Source of the DNA: Candidatus Eiseniibacteriota bacterium
GTDB taxonomy: Bacteria > Eisenbacteria > RBG-16-71-46 > CAZEPH01
Length of the DNA stretch: 20,071 bases
NCBI GenBank assembly: GCA_044229145.1
Contig: JBGATO010000064.1
Span: 1-20,071 of the forward strand
Reading direction: 5' to 3'
Position numbers and translations under genes: made by a program. Positions 7,203 to 14,809 of this stretch are shown piece after piece. The number at the start of each line of letters is the position of its first letter. Position 1 is the stretch's first letter. A model generated the notes under the pieces. It saw nothing but the letters and a program-made list of their open reading frames with translations. It made no database searches and was not told where the DNA came from.

Positions 7203-8204
7203 ATGAGCGAGCTGATGACCCACACCCACACCGTGTCCCCGGACGGGGCACGGACCGAGCTGCCGCCGCGCACGACATTTGGTGCGCTCCTGGTGGCCGG
7301 ACTGCTGTTGCTGGCGCAGACCGGCGTGCGCGGGATCCCCGCGCCGGCGTTCGTGCTGGTGCCGCTGACGGCGATGGTGCTGGTCGACGGCTACACCTGG
7401 ATCGGTGCGGCGGTGGTGGTGCTGGGGCTCGGTGGCTGGGGTGCCTGGCTGGTGCAGCAGGGCGACGTCCTGCAGTGCGCGTGGATCGCCGCCTTCGGGG
7501 TCGGCGGTATCGCGATGGCCCTGGCCGCGGGTCGCGGGTTCGGTCCGTTCGTCGGCAGCATCGTGGGGGCACTGCCTCCGGCCGCGGTCTCGGTGACGCT
7601 GTTCGCGACCAACGGCCTCGGCTTCCACGATGCGGTGCGCACGCAGCTCACCACCGCGTGGGCGGCGATGAAGACCGCGGGCTACGTCCCGCCGCAGTTG
7701 TCGAACACGCTGCCCACCATGTTCGACGTGTACATGACGATGTACCCGATGCTGCTCTGCCTCGCGCTGTTGTGCGCCGCCACTGCGGTGTTCATGCTCG
7801 CCGAGGTGCTGATCCCGCTGATCGGGCGGCCCGCGTTGCACGACGGGCGCTTCCGCTGCTGGAAGCTGCCGGACGGCGCGCCGTGGCTGTTGATCGCGGG
7901 GCTCGGACTCGCGCTGGTGCAGCGCGAACCGGCGACCAGCGTCGGGCTCAACCTGTCGGGCATCATGGTGACGCTCTACGGCGCGGTAGGACTGGCGATC
8001 GTCCGGTTCTTCCTGCTGGCGTGGGGCCTGCCGACCGCCGTGCAGGTGTGCATCACCGGCGGAATGCTGGTGCTCAGTAGTGTGTCGCAGATGCCGTTGG
8101 TGCCGGCGTTCGTCATCGCCCTCGGCTTCCTCGACACGTGGATGGATTTCCGGGGCCTCGAAACGCCGCCGATGCATGCGGGCGAGGGCAACTCGGTTCC
8201 CTGA
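7203..8204 (+). CDS. YybS/DUF2232 family multi-pass membrane protein
   Basis: Many TM helices, a C-terminal GFLDTWMDFR motif, and a position between rpsR and rplI typical of this family. Confidence 0.75.
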   Translation: MSELMTHTHTVSPDGARTELPPRTTFGALLVAGLLLLAQTGVRGIPAPAFVLVPLTAMVLVDGYTWIGAAVVVLGLGGWGAWLVQQGDVLQCAWIAAFGVGGIAMALAAGRGFGPFVGSIVGALPPAAVSVTLFATNGLGFHDAVRTQLTTAWAAMKTAGYVPPQLSNTLPTMFDVYMTMYPMLLCLALLCAATAVFMLAEVLIPLIGRPALHDGRFRCWKLPDGAPWLLIAGLGLALVQREPATSVGLNLSGIMVTLYGAVGLAIVRFFLLAWGLPTAVQVCITGGMLVLSSVSQMPLVPAFVIALGFLDTWMDFRGLETPPMHAGEGNSVP

Positions 8205-8305
8205 TCGACAGACGTAGAACCGAAACGACGCCGGCCATCGCCGTCGTGCGGCGGGGCGCCACGGGGGCGCCACGTCACGGTGGCCGGGCAACGAGTGAGG
8301 AGACG

Positions 8306-8821
8306 ATGACGCAAGAAGTCATTCTGCTGGAAGACATCGACGGTCTCGGCATCCGCGGCGCGACCGTGAAGGTGGCGCCGGGCTACGCGCGCAACTACCT
8401 GCTGCCGTACCGCAAGGCGATCGCGCGCCGCGATGTCGGCGAGAAGATGCTGGTGCAACTCGAGCGCGCCAAGGTCGCCCGCGATGCCCGCGAGCGTGGC
8501 AATGCCGAGGCGCTGGCGAAGGTGCTCGCCGGCGTGACGCTCAGCTTCGAGCGCCAGGTGGCCGACGAGGATAAGCTGTACGGCTCGGTGAGCGTGCAGG
8601 ACATCCACGAGGCGCTCGAGGCCAAGCAGCTGCCGGTCTCCCGCAAGCAGATCCTGCTGCACGACCCGATCAAGTCGCTCGGCGAGTTCGACGTGACCGT
8701 GCGTTGCTACGCGGAGATCACGGCGGCGATCAAGGTGGTGGTGAAGAACGCCAACCCTGAGCCGGCCGCCGAGGCCGACGCCGCGCCGGCCGAGTCCGCG
8801 CAGGACACCGACACCGAGTAG
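8306..8821 (+). CDS. rplI: 50S ribosomal protein bL9
   Basis: VILLEDIDGLG..G..VKVAPGYARNYLLP, KLYGSVS and PIKSLGEF motifs. ATG 8306 follows GAGGAG. Confidence 0.96.
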   Translation: MTQEVILLEDIDGLGIRGATVKVAPGYARNYLLPYRKAIARRDVGEKMLVQLERAKVARDARERGNAEALAKVLAGVTLSFERQVADEDKLYGSVSVQDIHEALEAKQLPVSRKQILLHDPIKSLGEFDVTVRCYAEITAAIKVVVKNANPEPAAEADAAPAESAQDTDTE

Positions 8822-8831
8822 GGAGAACATC

Positions 8832-10925
8832 GTGACACGCCCATCTCTCATCTCCGTTGGCCTCGCCGCGGTGGTGACGGTTTGCGCTCTGTCGGTCGCA
8901 TCCTCCGCGGATGCGGCGGCGAAGCGGCCGGCCAAGCGAGCGGCGAAGGCTGCCGCCAAGCCCGCACCCACCCAGGCAAACACGGTGCTGGCGAAGATCG
9001 GCACGCAGCCGATCACGCTCGGCGACCTCGACGCGCAGATCGCGCAGTATCCCGAGATGCAGCGGGCGCAGTTCCAGGCGCCGGAAGCCAAGCGCAGCGT
9101 GCTCGACCGCATGATTCAGGAACGTGTGTGGTTGAAGTCCGCCGCCGACGCGGGCTTCGACCAGCGTCCGGAGATCGCGCAGCAGATTCACACGCAGTCC
9201 AGCGCGGTCATCCTGCGCGGCTACTTCAACGACATGGTGGTCGCGCGCGCCAAGGCGAGCGACGACGAGGTCGAGAAGTACTATGCGACCCACCAGGCCG
9301 AGTACACGACGCCTGAGCGTGTGGCCTGGCGGCACATCCTCACCGCCACCGAGAAGGATGCGTTGGCGGCGCGTGCGGAGATCCAGAAGGGTCTCGACTT
9401 CGAGGCGGCGGCGAAGAAGTACTCGCTCGATACCATCTCGAAGGATGCGGGCGGCTGGCTCGGCTACATCAACCGCGGCGGGGTGGCCCCGGACTCGTTC
9501 GCCGCGGATGCCAAGCTCTCCGATGCCGCCTTCGAGGCGACGCCCGGCGAGGTCACCGCGCCGGTTCAGACCGCGCGCGGCTGGCACCTGATCCACGTCG
9601 ACCAGCACGACTCGACGACGGTGCGGCCGTTCGACGGCGTGCGCAGTTCGATCGAGTTCAAGATCTCCAACGAGCGGTCGCAGACGCTGTACACCGCGAT
9701 GCTCGACAGCCTCAAGCGGGCGTACAAGGTGACCGTCACCAGCGATTCGTCGAAGGTGCTGGGGGCGCCGGAGACGGTGCTCGCCACCATCGCCGGGACG
9801 CCGCTCACGGTGGCGGACATGCAGGCGCAGATCGCCCAGTACCCGGAGATGCAGCGCTCGCAGTTCGCGACGCTCGAGGCCAAGAACAACGTCGTCGACC
9901 GCATGGTGCAGGAGCGCGTCTGGCTGCGGTCGGCCACGCTCGCCGGCTACGACAAGCGGCCGGAGGTCGCGGCGCAGCTCGCGCAGCAGCGCTCGTCGAT
10001 CATCCTGCGCGCCTACTTCAACCAGGTGGTGGTCGGCCGCTCCAAGCCGAGCGACGAGGAGATCGAGGCCTACTACAAGTCGCACACCGCGGACTACACC
10101 ACCCCGGAGCGCGTGGCGTGGCGGCACATCCTCCTGCCGGCCGAGAAGGACGCCAAGAAGGTGCGCGCCGAAATCGCCAAGGGCTTGGACTTCGAACAGG
10201 CGGCGAAGAAGTACTCGGTCGACGCGGTCTCGAAGGACACCGGCGGCTGGCTCGGCTACCTCACGGTGGGCGGCGTGGCGCCGGACTCGTTCGCCAATGA
10301 CCCGAAGCTGTCGGCCGCGGCGTTCACGCTCGGCAGCGGCCAGGTCAGCGATCCGATCGCCTCGCCGCGCGGCTGGCACTTGCTGAAGGTCGACCAGCAC
10401 GACTCGACCAGCGTCAAGCCGCTGGAAGGCGTGCGGAGCTCGATCGAGTTCAAGATGTCGAACGAGCGCTCGCAGCAGCTGTTCACCACGATGCTCGACA
10501 GCTTGAAGACGGCCTACGGCGTGCAGGTGCTGGCCGACAGCGCGAAGTTCGCGCAGCTCGCCAGCGGCAGCGGGATCACCAACGCCGAGGACATGTTCAA
10601 GCTGGCGCAGGAGACGCAGGATGTGTCGTTGCGGCTCCAGCTGTACCAGCGCGTGATCAACGAGTTCCCGCTGCACGAACTCGCCGCGCAGGCGCAGTTC
10701 ATGATCGGCTTCGTCAACTCCGAAGAGCGCAAGGACTACGAGGCCGCGGAAAAGGCGTTCAAGTCGCTCATGACCAAGTACCCGAAGAGCGATCTCGTCG
10801 ACGATGCCGAGTGGATGCTCAAGAACATGCGAAACCCCGCGGCGCCCGACTCGATCTCCGGACCGGAGAGCGAGGAGGAGGAAGAGCGGGAGCGCGAGGA
10901 ACGCGAGCACCGCGACCACCGCTAG
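8832..10925 (+). CDS. secreted PrsA/SurA-like foldase with two tandem parvulin (PpiC-type PPIase) modules and a C-terminal TPR domain
   Basis: Signal peptide. Two copies of WRHIL...FE.AAKKYS.D..SKD.GGWLGY...GWHL..V. C-terminal YQRVINEFP...AQAQFMIGF...YEAAEKAFKSLMTKYPKSDLVDDA is TPR-like (BamD/CpoB type). Confidence 0.85.
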   Translation: MTRPSLISVGLAAVVTVCALSVASSADAAAKRPAKRAAKAAAKPAPTQANTVLAKIGTQPITLGDLDAQIAQYPEMQRAQFQAPEAKRSVLDRMIQERVWLKSAADAGFDQRPEIAQQIHTQSSAVILRGYFNDMVVARAKASDDEVEKYYATHQAEYTTPERVAWRHILTATEKDALAARAEIQKGLDFEAAAKKYSLDTISKDAGGWLGYINRGGVAPDSFAADAKLSDAAFEATPGEVTAPVQTARGWHLIHVDQHDSTTVRPFDGVRSSIEFKISNERSQTLYTAMLDSLKRAYKVTVTSDSSKVLGAPETVLATIAGTPLTVADMQAQIAQYPEMQRSQFATLEAKNNVVDRMVQERVWLRSATLAGYDKRPEVAAQLAQQRSSIILRAYFNQVVVGRSKPSDEEIEAYYKSHTADYTTPERVAWRHILLPAEKDAKKVRAEIAKGLDFEQAAKKYSVDAVSKDTGGWLGYLTVGGVAPDSFANDPKLSAAAFTLGSGQVSDPIASPRGWHLLKVDQHDSTSVKPLEGVRSSIEFKMSNERSQQLFTTMLDSLKTAYGVQVLADSAKFAQLASGSGITNAEDMFKLAQETQDVSLRLQLYQRVINEFPLHELAAQAQFMIGFVNSEERKDYEAAEKAFKSLMTKYPKSDLVDDAEWMLKNMRNPAAPDSISGPESEEEEEREREEREHRDHR
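8982..10565 (+). repeat. intragenic tandem duplication, 2 x 792 nt (264 aa)
   Basis: Unit 1 starts TVLAKIG at 8982 and unit 2 starts TVLATIA at 9774. Shared blocks include AQIAQYPEMQR, YTTPERVAWRHIL, GGVAPDSFA, VDQHDST, GVRSSIEFK and MLDSLK. Confidence 0.9.
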
Positions 10926-10944
10926 ACGTCCGCGACCGTCGATG

Positions 10945-10985
10945 CGAAGCCCGGCACTGCACGAGTGCCGGGCTTCGTTGCATTC
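10945..10985 (+). terminator. strong hairpin, probable terminator of the ribosomal protein/foldase operon
   Basis: Perfect 14-bp stem CGAAGCCCGGCACT-gcacg-AGTGCCGGGCTTCG (10945-10977), about 20 nt after the stop. The U-tract is weak (TTGCATT). Confidence 0.7.
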
Positions 10986-11275
10986 GGGCGCGTACCACTT
11001 GAGTCGCCCGGCCAGACCACGCGGGAGAGCGATGTATTCTGCCGCCCCGTCCCTGCTACCTTTCCCTACGCGCGGCAATGCTGCGAACCGCGCGGGCGGT
11101 TGCCGTGTATGGCGTCGGGATGGCGTTTCACCCCTCGCCGGGCCGGCCCCCCCATGACCGCCCGCCGCCATCGCGTTCCGCCACGGTTCCGCTCTCCCCG
11201 TGCCGACAATCCCAAGGCGACGTCTGTCACGCTCCCGGTGACGGCGATCGCAGGCGTGTGGCCCGAGATCTCGAC

Positions 11276-12607
11276 GTGCATCTGACCTCTCTTCTCGCTC
11301 TGTTGACCTTCGGCGGCGTCGCCGCGGGCGCCATCGCGTTCGAGCGCCGGCGTCGTCACGCGGCGCATCACTCGGTGCGCCGCGCCGTGCAAATCGGCGA
11401 CACCGAGCCGCCTTCGCTCCATCCGCTCATCGACCCGGAAACCTGCTTCGGTTGCGGCGCCTGCGTCGCGGCGTGTCCCGAGGCCGGCGCGCTCCAGGTG
11501 GTCGACGGCCATGCCCGCCTGGTCCAGGCGTCGCATTGTGTCGGGCACGGGCGCTGTCAGGCGGCGTGTCCCACCGACGCGATCACGCTGGTGTTCGGGA
11601 CGGCGGCGCGGGGAATCTCGGTGCCGTTGCTCGGCAGCGACCTGCAGACCAGCGTGCCCGGCATTTACGTCGCCGGCGAGCTCGGCGGGCTCGGCCTCAT
11701 CCGCAACGCCACCACGCAAGGTGTCGCCGCCATCGAGGCCATCGCGCGCGAGCTTCACGGTGCGCGCGATGGCGGTCGCGACGTCGTGGATGTGGCGATC
11801 GTCGGCGCCGGCCCCGCCGGCCTCGCCGCCGCGCTGGCGTGCCGCGAGCGCGGGTTGTCGCACGTCGTCCTCGACCAGGACGGTGTCGGTGGCAGCGTGC
11901 GGCAATACCCGCGCCGCAAGCTGGTGATGACCGCGCCGGTGCAACTGCCGCTCGGCCTCGCGATGGACTTCCGCGAGGTGTCGAAGGAACAGTTGGTCGA
12001 CTTCTGGGACCGCGCGGTGCGCCACGGCGAACTCGATGTGCGTGCGCCGGAGCGTGTCGAGATGGTGGAGCAGCACGGCCACCACTTCCGCCTGCGCGGC
12101 TCGCAGCACAGCTACACGGCGCGGCGGGTGGTGCTGGCCACCGGACGGCGGGGTACGCCGCGCAAGCTCGGGGTGGCGGGTGAGGATCTCCCGAAGGTGC
12201 TCTACCGGCTGCTCGAACCCGATGAGTTCGCGGGGCGGCGTACGCTGGTGGTCGGGGGCGGCAACAGCGCCGTCGAAGCCGCGCTCTCGCTGGCCGACGC
12301 CGGCGCCCACGTCATCCTCAGCTACCGCGGCGCGTCCTTCACCCGCGCGGCGGACGCCAACCAAGCGCGCCTCGCCCGCGGGGCCGCGGGGCTCGAGGTG
12401 CTCACCGAATCCGAGGTCACGCGCATCGAGTCGCGGCGCGTGATCCTGCAGACCGCACATGGAGAGCGGATCGTGGACAACGACGACGTCTTCGTCTTCA
12501 TCGGCGGCGAGCTGCCGACGCGCTTCCTCGACGCCATCGGTGTCGAGACGACGATGTACCACGGCGAGCCGCCGCGGCCGCCGCGCGCTGCGGGGGTGGC
12601 CGCATGA
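11276..12607 (+). CDS. membrane-anchored dicluster ferredoxin fused to an FAD-dependent NAD(P)H oxidoreductase (TrxB/YpdA-like)
   Basis: N-terminal TM helix then RRRR. Motifs CFGCGACVAACP, CVGHGRCQAACP, TSVPGIYVAGE, IVGAGPAGLAAA, LATG and VVGGGNSAVEAA...SYRG. Start GTG 11276 chosen because the upstream in-frame extension is low-complexity and Pro/Arg-rich; the exact start is uncertain. Confidence 0.85.
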   Translation: MHLTSLLALLTFGGVAAGAIAFERRRRHAAHHSVRRAVQIGDTEPPSLHPLIDPETCFGCGACVAACPEAGALQVVDGHARLVQASHCVGHGRCQAACPTDAITLVFGTAARGISVPLLGSDLQTSVPGIYVAGELGGLGLIRNATTQGVAAIEAIARELHGARDGGRDVVDVAIVGAGPAGLAAALACRERGLSHVVLDQDGVGGSVRQYPRRKLVMTAPVQLPLGLAMDFREVSKEQLVDFWDRAVRHGELDVRAPERVEMVEQHGHHFRLRGSQHSYTARRVVLATGRRGTPRKLGVAGEDLPKVLYRLLEPDEFAGRRTLVVGGGNSAVEAALSLADAGAHVILSYRGASFTRAADANQARLARGAAGLEVLTESEVTRIESRRVILQTAHGERIVDNDDVFVFIGGELPTRFLDAIGVETTMYHGEPPRPPRAAGVAA

Positions 12608-13572
12608 GCGTCGCGCTGCGCGTCATCGAAGGCACCGGCGGCGCCGGCCGCACGCCGGCTCCGGCACCCGTCACGCCGCCTCCTCCGCGCGGCAACGACG
12701 ACACGCCGTCGGTTCCGGTCACGTTCATCTCCTACCTGCTGGCCGCCGGCGGTTTCCTCGTGCTGCTGTGGCACGGCATGCCCTATTACCGGCTGTCGCA
12801 GGCACAGCGCTTGTGGTCGCCGTTGCACGCCCAGTTGCGTCCCAACGGCAGCGTCGGATTGCTGTACGGGTACGTCGGCACGGCGATGCTGCTCTTCCTG
12901 CTCGTCTACTCGCTGCGCAAGCGGCTCCGCGTGCTCCATCGCCTCGGCGCCTTGCGGCGCTGGCTCAACGTCCACGTGTTCTGCGGCATCGCCGGCCCGG
13001 CGCTCATCACGCTGCATTCGAGCTTCAAGTTCGGCGGCATCATCTCGATCGGCTATTGGTCGATGATGACCGTGATGGCGAGCGGCTTCGTCGGCTTCTA
13101 CCTCTATCGCCAGATTCCGCGCGCCCTGTCGAACGCGGCGCGCGAGGCGGAGGACATCGACGCCGAACTGGCGGCGCGCGACCGCGAATTGTCGGCGTGC
13201 TATGGACTCGACGAGGAACAGTTGCGTGCGGTGCGGCGCCAGGCCGGAACCGACGGCGCCGCCGAGCGGGGGGCGCTGGCGAGCCTGGTGTATCTCATGA
13301 CGCAGGATCTGCGGCTGCGACTCGGCGGCGTGCGTGTACCCGCGGCGACGCACGCCGAGCGTCCCCTCGACAAGCACGAACTGCGGCAGATGGGGCGCTT
13401 GGTGCGGCAGCGGATCGTGCTCGAGCGCCGTCGCGCGTTCCTCGCGCAAACCCGGACGCTGTTCGGCTACTGGCACGCCATCCACAAGCCGTTCACCATC
13501 TGCCTGTTCGTGATGATGTTCGTGCACATCGCGGTGGCGATGTGGTTCGGTTATGCGACGCCGCAACCGTAA
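12604..13572 (+). CDS. inner-membrane protein with di-heme cytochrome b / ferric-reductase-like His pattern
   Basis: About 5 TM helices and two H-x13-H pairs (WLNVHVFCGIAGPALITLH; WHAIHKPFTICLFVMMFVH). ATGA overlap with the upstream gene. Confidence 0.7.
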   Translation: MSVALRVIEGTGGAGRTPAPAPVTPPPPRGNDDTPSVPVTFISYLLAAGGFLVLLWHGMPYYRLSQAQRLWSPLHAQLRPNGSVGLLYGYVGTAMLLFLLVYSLRKRLRVLHRLGALRRWLNVHVFCGIAGPALITLHSSFKFGGIISIGYWSMMTVMASGFVGFYLYRQIPRALSNAAREAEDIDAELAARDRELSACYGLDEEQLRAVRRQAGTDGAAERGALASLVYLMTQDLRLRLGGVRVPAATHAERPLDKHELRQMGRLVRQRIVLERRRAFLAQTRTLFGYWHAIHKPFTICLFVMMFVHIAVAMWFGYATPQP

Positions 13573-14809
13573 CGCCGCCGGGCTGGCGCTCGTCGCGGCC
13601 GCGCTGCTGCTGGGCGCCGGCGCGCCGCCGCAGCGCGTCGAAAATCCGCACGGCCCCTTGAAGGCCGAGTGCGAAGCGTGTCACGTTGCCACCTCGTGGA
13701 CGACGATGCGCGCGCCGCTGGCGTTCGACCATGCGAGCACCGGGTTCGCGCTGGCCGGCGCACATCGCGGCGCCTCATGCCGCGCCTGTCATGCATCGCT
13801 CGAGTTCGCGCGCGTGGCGTCGAGTTGCATCGATTGCCATACCGATGTGCACCGCGGGGCGCACGGTGCCGCCTGCCAGGAGTGCCACACGCCGGAACGC
13901 TGGTCGGCGACCCCGCGCGTCGCCGCCGATCACGCGCGCGCCGGCTTCCCGCTGCGCGGCGGACACGCGCTCGCGGACTGCGCGCGCTGCCACGAGGGCG
14001 ACGGGGAGGCGCGGCGCACGCCGGTGTCGTCGGCGTGCATCGCCTGCCACGCCGCGGACTACGCAGCCACCCGCACGCCCGCGCACGCCAGCGCGGGCTA
14101 CGACACGCGCTGCGAATCGTGCCACGATGCGGCGCGCACCACGTGGTCCGGCGCCGGGTTCAACCACGCATCGGCCGGATTCCCGCTCACCGGCGGCCAC
14201 GCGGTGGCCACCTGCGAGCAATGCCACCCGGGCGGACGATTCGCCGGTACCGCGCGCGACTGCGCCGCCTGCCATCAGGCCGACTACGACGCCACCACCG
14301 CGCCAGCGCACCGCAGCGCCGGCTACTCGACCCAATGCGCGACCTGCCACAGTACAGCGGCGTGGACCGGCGCGGCGTTCAATCACGCGAGCACCGGCTT
14401 CGCGCTCACCGGCGCGCACGCCGCGACCGCGTGCGCGCAGTGCCATGCCGGGGGCGTGTTCGCCGGCACGCCGCGCGATTGCAATGCCTGTCATGCGACG
14501 GAGTACGCGGCCACCGCCAACCCGCCGCATCAAGCGAGCGGGTTCGGCACCGATTGCGCGTCGTGTCACGCGCCTAGCGCGTGGCAGCCGGCGACCTTCG
14601 ACCACGATGCGCGCTACTTCAAGATCTACAGCGGGCACCACCGCGGAACGTGGCAGTCGTGTCAGACGTGTCACACCAACAGTGCGAGCTACGCCGACTT
14701 TACGTGTCTCGTCTGCCACTCGCAGAGCCGCATGGACAGCGAGCACCGCGGGCGCAGCGGCTACAAGTACGAGAGCAGCGCGTGCTACTCGTGCCATCGG
14801 AACTCGTGA
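13553..14809 (+). CDS. secreted multiheme cytochrome c, 16 CxxCH motifs
   Basis: Sec-type signal peptide (MRRRNRNAAGLALVAAALLLGAGA). 16 CxxCH counted, from CEACH to CYSCH, in repeating FxH..xGFxLxGxH units. Confidence 0.95.
   Translation: MRRRNRNAAGLALVAAALLLGAGAPPQRVENPHGPLKAECEACHVATSWTTMRAPLAFDHASTGFALAGAHRGASCRACHASLEFARVASSCIDCHTDVHRGAHGAACQECHTPERWSATPRVAADHARAGFPLRGGHALADCARCHEGDGEARRTPVSSACIACHAADYAATRTPAHASAGYDTRCESCHDAARTTWSGAGFNHASAGFPLTGGHAVATCEQCHPGGRFAGTARDCAACHQADYDATTAPAHRSAGYSTQCATCHSTAAWTGAAFNHASTGFALTGAHAATACAQCHAGGVFAGTPRDCNACHATEYAATANPPHQASGFGTDCASCHAPSAWQPATFDHDARYFKIYSGHHRGTWQSCQTCHTNSASYADFTCLVCHSQSRMDSEHRGRSGYKYESSACYSCHRNS

Noticed and set aside
11117..11163. Fluoride riboswitch-like words (GGGATGGCGTTTCACC...ATGACCGCC)
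   Set aside because: P1 pairing is poor, the pseudoknot register is off, the conserved GCTGATGAC is absent, and the downstream genes are not typical fluoride-response genes.
13700..14620. Recurring nucleotide repeats suggesting a CRISPR array or mobile repeat
   Set aside because: They are degenerate in-frame coding repeats of the multiheme cytochrome. There are no identical repeats with unique spacers, and no cas, integrase or transposase gene in the window.
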